Positions 24,401 through 35,759 of a stretch of DNA of 64,000 nt are shown here, one piece after another. The stretch lies in the NCBI RefSeq assembly GCF_009914755.1, contig NC_060947.1; one strand, given 5' to 3'. The number at the start of each line of letters is the position of its first letter. Position 1 is the first letter of the stretch. The position numbers and the translations under genes were made by a program. This stretch comes from the human T2T-CHM13v2.0 reference genome, Homo sapiens. The notes beneath the pieces are model-generated. The model was not told the origin of the DNA, did no database searches, and saw nothing but the letters and a program-made list of their open reading frames with translations.

Positions 24401-26099
24401 GCACCCCTGTGGCCACCACCACTAAAACTGCACTGGACCATACCTGAAACCAACACAGCACTGGGTCTCACCCAAGGCCCACTGTAACCACTACCTTATT
24501 ACCTCCTATGTTTGTTCAAGATTCTAGTACTCTACAATAAGCAGGTGGCAAAGTCAGCCAGGCTTTTTTCCTTCCATTCAGGGTGGTGAGTTCCCCCAAG
24601 CCCCAGGCAGGTCCAGAAATGACATTCAGAAGCCAGGGACTGGAGTCAAAAACCTTGGAGATCCACCTGGTGCTTCATTTAATTATGGCTAAGCTGGCAG
24701 TGAAATCAAGAGGCACAGTCCTTCCCACCCTTCCTTCTAATTTCCACAGGCAGAGAGGCTTCTCCCCATGGCCACCACCACCATAGGGCCATGGGGAGTA
24801 GTGTCAGGCTCCTGCTGATGTTTACTTAAGACCCAAAGCCTCTTAAGTCAGCCTGTGTTGAATGCTGCCAGGTTTGGGACTCACCCTTCATGGAAGTGGG
24901 CTCCTCTCTTCCCCAGGGAGCCAGAAATGCCATCCATGTGCCAAGGCCTGGAATCAGGGACCCCAAAAGCCTGCTTGGTGCTCTACCCCACTGTAGCTGA
25001 GCAGGTACCTAAGGTGCAAAACAAAGTCCCCTTTACTTTTCCCTTGACTTTTCTCAAGCAGAAGAAGTATCTCATTGTAGCCACCACATCTGGGAATGTG
25101 CTGGGTCTTGTTTGATGTCAACATATCTCGGAATCTCCCCCAAGGCCCATAGCAAGTACTGCCTGGCTACCATTGCTGATTATTCAGGGCCCAAGGGCTC
25201 TTTAGTCAGCAGGTGATGTATCCTGTCAGGATTTGGTCCTTCCCTTCAAGGCAGTGGGTTCTCTTTTGTCCCAGGGTTTGTGTAGAAATGTCATCCAGGA
25301 GCTAGGGCCTGGAATGGGGGCCTCGTGACTCTGACTGGTACCCTAGCCTTCTGTGGCTGAGCTGGTATCCAAGATGCAAGACAGATCCTTCCCACTCTTC
25401 CCTCTCCTTACCTAAAGCAGAAGGAAAAGGTCTTTTTTGGAGTCACAGCTGGGCAGCGTGGGGTTAGGGGAGGGGTGATGCCATCACTCCCTTAGCTGTC
25501 CCAATTGATGTCTCACTAGGTTGTGTGTGCCTCAGTTCCACTGACTCTGAATCCAACACTGCACCAGGTCTCACCTAGGAGTTGCAGTGTTTGTGGCCTA
25601 GACTGCCTTTCAAGTTTATTTAGGACCCTAGAGTGCTTTAGCCTGCAGTGGTGAGGCTTGCCAAAACTCAACTTCCAACTGCTGGGATGGGTGATTCCCC
25701 TCTGGCTAGAGCTGTTCTCAATGTTTCCTTCAAGAGCAGGAGTCTTGTGAGGGAGCTGAGTTCAGCCCGGCTTTGCTTTCCACTATGGCAGGGCAGCACT
25801 GAGTTCAATGCAAATCCCACAATCACTGTGCTTTTCTCCGGCAAGTGCACAGATTGTTTATCAGTGCCACACAGCTGCTGCCAAGGGATGCAGGATGGGT
25901 GGCATCAGTGATATAAGACTATCTTTCCTACCTGCTCCAATGCCTCTTTCAAAGATATGAAGATAAAGCCAGGTACTATGATTGCTCACCTTATTTTTAG
26001 TTTCTATTAAGGTGATTTTTTTGTGTGGATAGTTACTACATTTGGTCTTCCTGCTGGGTGGGGGATCAGTAGAGTCTTCTATTTGTCCACCTTGCACCT
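18491..26099 (-). mobile_element. Near full-length L1MA (L1MA1-3-like), ~7.6 kb: 3'UTR, ORF2, ORF1 and long 5'UTR; all frames disrupted
   Basis: ORF2 peptides (20626-21399, 22183-22482), ORF1 peptides (23384-24000: LSDRDFKIVILKKLKEIQ, RHLIIKISRVKYKESILKAAREKKQVT), GC-richer 5'UTR at 24000-26099. Degenerate TSD tgtaatgcctttt / tgtagcacctttc inside an MLT1. Confidence 0.9.
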
Positions 26100-26272
26100 T
26101 GTAGCACCTTTCATGACCCAGTCTCCAAAGTTACATATCATCATTTCCACTTTTTTTATTCTTTAGAAGAAAGTCAGTAAGTCCAACCTGTACTCAAGGG
26201 ACAGGCAATTAAACTCTACTTCTTGAAGGGAGGCATGTCAAAAAATTAATGACCATTTTAAAAATCCACTAT
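26100..26272 (-). mobile_element. MLT1 LTR, right part
   Basis: catgacccagtctccaaagttacatatcatcatttccac...ctcaagggacagg...cttgaagggagg...ttttaaaaatccacta continues the LTR from 18490. Confidence 0.7.
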
Positions 26273-26751
26273 AATGCAGAAATCAAAATTTTGAAGGTCA
26301 CAATATTCCATTAGAAATTACATGCATAACCTTCAAAGCAATAGAGCAGAAAAGAGGTAACAAGAAAAAAAGATGACTCAAAAAATAGCATGAAATATGA
26401 CAGGAGAAATAACTACACAATTTAATATATAGTAAATAGAAAATAAAGTGGTTGGAATGATTCCAAGCATATCATTAATCACAATACATTTTTAAAGGGT
26501 TATGTTCTCTAATTTATAAAAAGATTCTCAGACTAAATTTTTAAAAATTGAATGCAATTTTTTAAAGAAAGAAACCTAAAACAAAATGAACAAGACAGGT
26601 CAAAACAAAAAAAAAAAAAAGGAAAAAGAAAGGATACAGAGTATTTGAAGAACATGTAACAGAAATGATCTAATACTGATTTAGAGAAACTTTTACTCAA
26701 AGATAATCTACCTATGAAACAGTCTTAAAAATTAACTATGCTCTATTTCAT

Positions 26752-26769
26752 ACACACACACACACACAC
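26752..26769. repeat. (CA)n microsatellite
   Basis: acacacacacacacacac. Confidence 0.9.
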
Positions 26770-27162
26770 GTGCTTGCATACACACATCTCAGGAAATTAT
26801 AAAAGTACATGTCATTGAGGCAAAAATCTATTGATAATGCGATAAACTTAGGCATCAACCAGAAGATGCTGACTGTAAAACAGAACAAAACAAAAACTAC
26901 AAACAAACAGAGATTCAAAAAACTATTAGAGGTAGTTTCTTAAATTAGACATTTGAAACTCTGGAATTAAAATTATTTCCTTCTTCTTGGGGTTTGCTTA
27001 TTTTTGTTATTGCTGCTGGTTCTACTGTTTGTTTAGTTACTTTCCTGGACTAAGTCTGCAAATTCTGTACTCTGTCATGGGTGGCCACTGAAGTCTCTGA
27101 TTGGTTAGCTTAGTTGTCAGCTAATAATTGGATAGAGTTTTCAATAAATGCCTTGAGCCATC

Positions 27163-29755
27163 TGCTACCTGCCCATTAGTTACTTAGTAACTATGTCGGT
27201 TCTTGGTTCAACTGCCATAATATCATAGTGCTTATGTTCAAGTAGTCCTTATTTTACTTCGTAATGACCCCAAAGTGCAAGAGGAGTGATACTAGCAATT
27301 CAGACATGTCAAAGAGAAGCCATAAAGTGCTTCCTTTAAGTTAAATGGTAAAAAATTTTTGACTTTATAAGGAAAGAAAAAATATATATGCTGAAGTTGC
27401 TAAGATGTACAGTAAGAATGAATCTTCTATCCATAAAATTGTGAAGAAAAAAATAAATTTATGCTAGTTTTGCTATTGTACCTCAAGCTGCAGATATTAT
27501 AACCAAAGTAGATAAGTACTTAGCTAAGATGAAAAAGGCATTAAATTTGTGGGTGGAAGACATGAATAGAAACATGTTCCAATTGATGGCAACATATTGC
27601 ACCAGAAAGCATTAAGCCTATATGAAAACTTCAGCAAGGGATCACCTGAAATGAGTGACATGAAGTCATTTGCTGCAAATAGGGGATGATTACACAGATT
27701 CAGGAATAGGTTTGGACTAAAAATGTAAAAATTACTGCAGAATCTACATCTGCTAATGAAGAAGCTACTGCCACATTTCCAGAAGAGTTGAAGAAGTTGA
27801 TTAAGGAGAAAGGATACCATGAAAAGCAAGACTTCAATTGTGATAAAACTAGACTTTTCTGGGAAATCTCCAATAGAGCTTAAAAATTCATGAACATGCA
27901 AAGAAGGCACCAGGGTATAAACAAGGACAGATGAACTCTGGTACTAGTGGCAATGATGCAGGGCATATGCTAAAGCCAGGAGGAGTGTGCAGAGCAATGA
28001 ACCCATGCACTTTCAAAAACAAAAATGAAAATTATCTGCCTATGTTCTGGCAACATAATCAGAAAATATAGGTTGTTTATGGAATAGCTCTACTAACGCT
28101 TCTTCCTAGAAGTAAGAAAATATTTGGAAGAATGGTTGGAATTTAAAGTTGTATTAATAATAGACAATGCACATGGCCATCTTGAATCTGTTTGCTATGA
28201 CAATAAAAATGTCCACGTTGTATTTTTACCTGAAAATACAACCTCATTGCTTCAGCCCCTTGACCAAGGCATCACTTGATTTGTCAAGGCCACATATGCA
28301 TGTCTGGTATTTAATAACATTCAACAAGAATTTGATGCCGACCTTAATCTGGACATAAAACAGTGCTGGAAATCATTCACTATTGCTGGTGCAATAACAT
28401 TCATCAAAGCTGCAATTGATGAATTAAAACCAGAAACTATAATGCCTGCTGGAAAAATTTGTGAAGTCATGAATGATTTTAGTCTTCCCAAGGATCAATG
28501 GAGAAGTTAGAAAATTCATTCATGCAGCAAGACAAGTTGGTGGAGAAGTATTTGTTGACATGCTTGATGAAGAAACGGAAGAACATATTGAAGGCCAGTG
28601 AGAAGTGTTAACACAGAGGAACTAGAAAAACTTGTTGAGTCATCTACAGAGGAAGAGGAAGATGAAGAAACTGAAGCAGAACTGGATTACCGAAATTTGT
28701 TAAAGTGTTTCAAATTGCATAGACGTTAACAAATAAAATTATGAATGCAATCCTCTGGTAGAACAAAACATTTAAATCACCCACATGACAACAGAAACAT
28801 TTTAACCTCCGCAACAACACTTTGATGAGTTAAATAGAAAGAGACAACCTCCCATTACAATGTTCTTCCAAACTGTTTCCGCACACACCCCAAAAAACCT
28901 TTGACTATCGAGCATCCCTGTGTTAGTCCGTTTTCATGCTGCTGTTAAAGACATACCCAAAACTTGGTAATTTACAAAGAAAAAGAGGTTTAATGGACTC
29001 ACAGTTCCACGTGGCTGAGGTAGCCTCATCATCATGGTGGAAAGTGAGGGGCATGTTTTACATGGCGGCAGACAAGGGAGAAAATGAGAACCAAGCAAAA
29101 GAATTTCCCCTTATAAAACCATCAGATCTCGTGAGACTTATTCACTACCCATGGGAACAGTATGGGGGAAACCACCCCCATGATTCAATTAACTCCACTA
29201 GGTCCTTCCCACAATACATAGAAATTATGAGAGCTACAATTCAAGATGAAATTTGACTGGGGACACAGCCAAACCATATCAATCCCTAACCATCCACATC
29301 ATCTATTCCTGGCATCCAACCATGGACATTATCATGGCTTGATGATCTAGGATCACCCAAGGTAGAAGATCCTCCTTCTGATGTATTGTCAGAAGGTCTG
29401 TATTAGCCTAGTGATACGTCACAATGCCTACATCATTCACCTCACATGATTCTCATCACATAGGCATTGTATCATCTCATATCATCACAAGAAGAAAGGT
29501 GAGTACAGTACAATAAGATATTTTGAGAGAGACCACATTTATGTAACTGCTATTACAGTATACTGTTATAAGTGTTATATTTAATTATTAGTTATTGTTG
29601 TTAATCTCTTGGTGTGCATAATTCATAAATTATACTCTATCATAGGTATGTATGCATAGGAAAAAACAGTGTATATAGGGTTTACTACTATCTGAGGTTT
29701 CAGGCATCCACTGGGGGCCTTAGAACATACCCCTCACAGATAAGGAAGATAATTG
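27163..29755 (+). mobile_element. Tigger7 (MER44 family, pogo-like) DNA transposon with decayed transposase; left end missing
   Basis: ATG at 27264 reads MTPKCKRSDTSNSDMSKRSHKVLPLS, then a stop. DDE-domain remnants: FNCDKTRLFW (~27834-27863), IIDNAHGH (~28158-28181), FLPENTTSLLQPLDQGI (~28224-28274). The right end tttcaggcatccactggggg...gataaggaagataattg matches the recalled MER44/Tigger7 terminus. Confidence 0.85.
28919..29281 (-). mobile_element. THE1B-like solo LTR inserted in the Tigger7
   Basis: TG...CA termini (tgtgttagtccgttttcatgctgctg...gggacacagccaaaccatatca); perfect 5-bp TSD atccc at 28914-28918 and 29282-29286. Confidence 0.95.
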
Positions 29756-30354
29756 TTATGAAGAGCTGGAAGGGGGACGGGAATAGGCTAGTTAAAATAT
29801 CACAAAGCTTATGGTTCTTACCATGATTTAAACATGTTTTAAAAATAAACACTCCTCAAATTACTGCAAGTCTTTTTTGGTTAATTTCTATAATTCTGAA
29901 AATTTAATTTGGGCAATTTTAGCTAGAGTTTTTATATATTTTATAAAGAAGTAGAATTTTGGAGGTTTTTACTGCACCATTCTGGAAGTGCTTCTCCTAG
30001 ATTATTTCTGAGTTAAAGACAAATTTATAATGGAAATTATAGATAGTTTTAAAGCTAACAAAGAATTAAAAATTACATATCTACCTCTGTGGAATGCAGC
30101 CAACATTTATTCAGTATAGAATTTACACCACAGAGTGCATTAACTAGAAAAAATAAAGGCCAACAACAAATAAATTTCATTTATAATTCAGGAAACAATG
30201 AAAAGAATCAACATAAATAAAGCCAAATAAAGTTTAAGAAAGGAATTAAAGATATAACAAGGAAACCTTGAAATGTAACAAAACAATTCCTATGGAATTC
30301 AAAAGTCATTCAATATATTTTAATGAAGGCTTAATAAGTACTTTCAATGCTCTA

Positions 30355-30700
30355 GAGCAGAACTGTTCAATAGAGCTTTCTGTAGTGATGGAAAATCTGC
30401 ACTATAATCTGCACTGTCTAATTTGGTAACCACCATTTACACTTGAGCCTACTGAGCACTTGAAATGCAACTGTGGAACTGAATTTTACATTTTATTTAT
30501 ATTTAATTAGTTAAATAAAAATAAATAAATAAATTTAAATATGTTTAATTGCTATCATATATTATACTATTAAATTAATATAATACAATATTAAATTATA
30601 TAATGCAATTACATTTAATTAACATAAAATAATAAGCTATAGTAATTAAAATGTTATTAATTTAAATTAATTAAATACAAATAATTAAAAATAGTCACTC
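30355..30700. mobile_element. MER3/MER33-like hAT MITE with expanded AT-rich centre
   Basis: cagaactgttcaatagagctttctgtagtgatggaaaat...gagcacttgaaatg, then ~200 bp of almost pure A/T ending aaatagtcac. Confidence 0.65.
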
Positions 30701-30719
30701 AGTCACATTGCTGAGTCCT

Positions 30720-31200
30720 GACTGATGACAGGGAGCCAGCCAAATAAAGAATGAAAAGAATGACATTCTGTGAGAGGACATAGCAATTGAAAAGGCTTTA
30801 AAGTAGCAACAAGAAAGGCCTTTTTAAAAAAGTGAACAAGAGCCAGTGTAGCTGGAGAGCCAGGAACCAGGGGGAAGAATAGCCAGAGATGGCATCAGAA
30901 AAGTAAGTGAGGATGAGTGCATGCAGTCCTAATACACCAAAGGAAGGTGCTCGAATTTTTTTCCCATTGCAATGGGAAACTACTAAAATTATAATTTTTA
31001 TTTTAATATGATCAATCAAATGCAATATAGAAAATGAATTGGGTGTGGGTGAGAAAAACAGCAAGACCAATTCAGAGACGATAGCAATAACCTAGACCAG
31101 ATATTATGATATTTTTGACTAAGGCTTTAGTGTTGAGGATGATACAAAGTGATTATATACAGAATATATTTTATTGGTAGAAGGAGCAGGACTTGCTGCT
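30720..31200 (-). mobile_element. L2 fragment
   Basis: Purine-rich L2 antisense pattern (gagccagtgtagctggag...ccattgcaatgggaaactac...gcaggacttgctg). Confidence 0.6.
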
Positions 31201-31224
31201 AAAGGTAAATTAAAAAAAAAAAAC

Positions 31225-31980
31225 AAGGTTTTTTAAAAGACTAAAGGAAAATGAACAGACATTTGGCAATTTTGACTAAGAAAAAAATAGAGAAATCACA
31301 GCATTTAAATGAAAAAGAGAATATAACCACAGATACAGAAGAGATGTTTTAAGTATAAGTGTAAAGCATAATGATATGTACAATTTCAATCAAAACATTA
31401 AAACCTATATTAAGTGGATAATTAAAGCTATATAAATTGTCAAAAATAGAACACCCCAATAGACAATAAGCAACAAAATAAATTGAAATTTAGTCAAAGA
31501 TTTATATCCTTAATAGGTATAGGCACAAGGCCCAAATGGCTTTATGTGTGAGTTCTAATAATCTCCAAGGCATAAGTAGTGTCTAACTTGAACTGTTTGA
31601 AAGTATAAAAAGGTTATAAAACTAACCATTTATTTTACCAGAAAAATATATCACAGGAAAGGAAAAGTGAAGCAAATTTCACAAATGAAAACAGATGCAA
31701 AAGTTCTAAATAAAGTGTTAGGAAATCAATCCACCACTGTGTCAAAAAAATAACATATGACCAAGTAAGTTTCATTCTAGACATACTAACATGGTAACAC
31801 ACTGGAAATTCTATCATTATAATTCTTCATATTATCAGATTAAAAGGAAAAGATTATCTCAAGAAGCATTTTAATTGGTAACATTTAGTATTCATTTATG
31901 ATTATAAAAATCCTCTTCTCATTTCAAGAGTAGAAAAAAGCATATTAATTTAATAAAGGGTATCTCACAAAACCATACTG
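31225..31980 (+). mobile_element. Old L1M ORF2 fragment
   Basis: aggcccaaatggctttatgtgtgagttcta; acagatgcaaaagttctaaataaa; catatgaccaagtaagtttcattctag (RT N-terminal region). Confidence 0.7.
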
Positions 31981-32061
31981 TAGGATAACTGCTTCAGACC
32001 ATTTTTGATTGACTTGTAGCAGACCAAACCTATTGCCAAGAAGAACTTAAAAAGTTGGATG

Positions 32062-32488
32062 AAGAGTGGAGTGGCTGTCAGAGATGCCTGATGTTTTGGC
32101 CTAAGGACCAGTCAGTGAGGCAATGGAGCAAGCAAGGGATCACTTACACCTGAGATGGACTACAGAACAGCACATGCCCGAGGTGGAAGTTCAAGTCAAA
32201 TACAGAACAGCTGCACTGAGCAACCAAGAGTGTCAATTGTACCTGAGGCATTCTCAGCAGCAGCAAGTGCTTGTGGTGGATTTCCAGGCCAAACTGAGAC
32301 AGGTATTCATAACTGAGACACCAAGATGTGGTAAAAAGCCGTACTGGAACAATGAGGAAGCTGAATCCAAGCAAAATCCAGGCTCCATCTACTGTTTGCT
32401 TCTGCTTATTCGGGGAGGAATGAGTGATAGCCTAATAAAAAGAGAAATTAGCAACTTTGAAATCGTAAGTAAGAATAAAAAGAATTGA
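32062..32488 (+). pseudogene. SNURFL: SNURF-like processed pseudogene/retrocopy
   Basis: The first 70 codons of ORF 32123-32488 align to SNURF as I recall it (MERARDRLHLRRTTEQHVPEVEVQVKRRRTASLSNQECQLYPRRSQQQQVPVVDFQAELRQAFLAETPRGG). Upstream agagtggagtggctgtcagagatgcctga...gtcagtgaggcaATG matches the CpG-decayed SNURF exon-1 5'UTR. No introns. Confidence 0.93.
32123..32488 (+). CDS. SNURFL: Putative SNURF-like protein, 121 aa (70 aa SNURF homology plus 51 aa read-through); translation unproven
   Basis: Uninterrupted ORF with strong Kozak context (gcaATGG). The parental TAA position reads AAA at 32333-32335. Confidence 0.45.
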   Translation: MEQARDHLHLRWTTEQHMPEVEVQVKYRTAALSNQECQLYLRHSQQQQVLVVDFQAKLRQVFITETPRCGKKPYWNNEEAESKQNPGSIYCLLLLIRGGMSDSLIKREISNFEIVSKNKKN

Positions 32489-32714
32489 GGCCTTCATCAT
32501 GTTTTTATTTTTGCTGCTGTGGAAGCTGTATCTTTAGGTAAATACATAATATAAACATTTCTGGATACAGAGTTGGTGTTCAGAGAAAAATATTTCATTT
32601 TCTAGAAGAATATTTATGTTGCCAAACATAAGGACAAGGGAAACGGTCCATCAGAGGACTTCATTGCCCATGTGACCTATTTTTACCTCTCTTCTCCCAA
32701 ACAAAGGCAAAATA

Positions 32715-32997
<283 letters not shown>

Positions 32998-33289
32998 TCC
33001 AAAGTGGAATTGGATAGGAATAGTAAATCAAGGAACTCTCACAGAAATCATAACAAAAAGTCAAGACATAGAAAATCTAAGATAATTTCTTTTTAAAATT
33101 TTCCTACTCGATTGACACCAAATGACCACAATATAAAACAAAATGGAATTTACCTCAGAAACTCAAATCCCATCTGAGCATACTTCAATACTTGGTTGTG
33201 TTCCTAGGTCAGTGACAAAATAAAGATCATCAGGAATAACTCTGGACTTCATGCTTCTCTGTGCAAATATTTCTCTTACACCCTGTTGC

Positions 33290-34680
33290 CTTCCCCATTG
33301 ATGATTCCTCCCTTTTCCCCTTTTATATCTTCTGCCTCACTTTCCATGTTGACCCTTCCTACTCATAAATATCGAAATGCTTAAATCATTCCTAATTTTA
33401 AAAACTCATTCCATAACCCCCAAATACCATTGCATTTTTTTCCTTCACAACTAATCTTCCTGAAAGAATTATCCACATACAGAATCCTTTATCTTCCACT
33501 ACTGAATTCACGGCAATCTGCCTTCTGACTCGCCACTTAGAGGTAACTGTTCTCACCAAAGCCATCAATGTCCTTCTAGTTTCTAAGTTCAAGAGATAAT
33601 TTTCAGTCACTCATACTTGACCTGGTTGCATCGTTTGTCACTGTTGACCAACTTCTCCCTTCTAGACTTGGTTTCTGATATACCACTCTCTATTTGTGTG
33701 TTTCCTTTCTCTCCCTCTCTGGCTCTTTCTCAGCTCTTTTTCTAGTTTCTCATCTTTTAAAGGATCCTAAATATTAATGTTTCCCAGGTTTCTATCTTCA
33801 GCACTCCCTTCTTCTCAATCTACCAATATTTTTCAGGTAATCTTATCCACTCTTATGTCTTTAAATTGACGATTTCTAAATCAATTTAGAAATTGGCCCA
33901 TACCACCCATACCACCTTTGGGGATACACATCTCATTCATTCATTCAAACTAATTCATACAACATTATTTTAGGCACTGAGGATCCAGCAGTGAACAAAA
34001 CAATTCTTCCCTGTAGAGCTCACATTCTAGTGGGGAAAATGTACAGTAAACAATCAAATATGCAATGCGCCAGATAGTGATAAGTTCTATAGAGAAAACT
34101 TAAGCAGTAATTGGGGAGATAAAGTTGTTCTTTGGAGGGTCCAATCTAAAATAAAGTGGTCAGAGGATAGTAGGCTCATAGAGAGGATGTACATATGAGC
34201 ATAGGCCTGAAGGAGTTGAGGGAGTGACTCAGGCAGATATCTAGGGAATGAGTGCTATAGGCAGAGGAATAAACAAGGGCAAGAGTCATGAAATGAGACT
34301 ATGCCTGTTGTGTTTGAAGACCATTAAGGAGGACAATGTGACTGTAATGCAGTGAAAAGGGCAGTAGCAGTATGAGATGAGAACATAAAAGTAACAACTA
34401 GCTTAGAATAAGACAATATCAATTTCTGGTTTCATGGAGCTTACAGCCTCATCTATCCAAATTCCTACTGGACATCTCTATTTTGGATGTCCCACAGACA
34501 CATCAAATTAAACATGCCAAAAACAATTCAGGCCCCCTTCCATCACATTTCTTCCCCTTTCTATGTTTCCCTCTTGGGGTGAACAACATCATCATCCAAT
34601 TGGTTTCTCAAATTCAGAAGTCATCTGAGATCCTTCATACTCCCCCTTGCGTATAATCAATCACCCAAGTTGTCAATTTG
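33290..34680. mobile_element. Cluster of L2 fragments in both orientations
   Basis: ttctcaccaaagccatcaatgtcctt...; cattcattcattcaaac...ggatccagcagtgaacaaaac; ttggatgtcccacagacacatcaaattaaacatgcc. Confidence 0.7.
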
Positions 34681-35179
34681 CCAACTGTATCGGTGAGACT
34701 CTAGTCAAGAAACAGATACCACTCCAGAAATTGCAAACATAGGGAATTTAAGAAGGTAATTGGCTTAATATGTGATTAAATTGCTGGGAAGCCCAACAGC
34801 AGCCATAAGGTAACCCAGAGATTAGCTACTACCTGCCTACCAGGGACTGGAGACAACAAATGTAGTTAGTGTTATCAGATCCCTGAAATTGTAGCTGCCC
34901 AGTGGTAGCTAAAACTATCGTGGGGATTCCTGGTAGAAGCTGAGCTCATATAGGCAGGGGCTATCAGGAACAACAGAGGGGGCACAACCACTGTGGAACA
35001 TGCTTCCCAAAGTAGAGCAAAAAAAGGAGCAATACCTGGACTTTTCCCTTCAGTTTGTACCATTCATTCTCTATACTGCTCAGATTTCTAACATGTATAT
35101 AATGTCATTATCCTGCTCAGTATCCTTCACTATTTCCCAATCACCTATGGGCAAAATCTAAATTATTTTGCGTGGTATA

Positions 35180-35735
35180 TGTGCTAGTTTTCTATTGTCA
35201 TATAACAAATTGCCACAGACATAACACTTTAAAACAACACAAATTTATAATCTCAGCGTTTTCGTGGGACAGTTCAGGTACAGGTTAACTGAGTCCTCTT
35301 CTCTGGGTCTCAACAGGCTGAAATTAAGGTGTGGCCCAGGGCTACAATTCTCACAGAAGGCTCGGGGTCCTCTTCCACACTCATTCAAGTTGTTGGAAGT
35401 ATTCATCTTCTTGCATTTGTAAGGTTGAGGGTCCCATTTTATTGCTGTTTGCTGGAGACCATCCTCAGCATCTAGAGACCACAGCTAGTTCCTTGCCACA
35501 TGCTTCCCAAAGGCAGTTCACAACATGGCTATTTGCTATCTTGCTAGCCAGGAGGAGTACATCTCTGACTTTTTAATACCCATTTAAGAGCTCATACAGT
35601 ATCATCTCCCTTTTTATGAACTCTAAGTCAATTGATTAGTAACCTAAACACTGAAGTGATATCCTATTATATTCACAGCAAAATCAGTGTAGTTAACACT
35701 GGGAATTTGGGGGCCTCTTAGATTTCTGTATGCCT
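35180..35735 (-). mobile_element. MLT1 (E/F-like) LTR
   Basis: tgtgctagttttctattgtcatataacaaattgccacag...ttaaaacaacacaaatttat...gggaatttgggggcctcttagatttctg. Confidence 0.75.
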
Positions 35736-35759
35736 TAGTGGATAGGTCTCTAGCTTCAA

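Noticed and set aside
32041-32487. aagaacttaaaaagttg / aagaataaaaagaattg as the TSD of the SNURF retrocopy
   Set aside because: A-rich and needs gaps to align; not distinguishable from chance.
34686-35070. Possible ancient LTR fragment
   Set aside because: It looks LTR-like, but I could not assign a family or termini with confidence.
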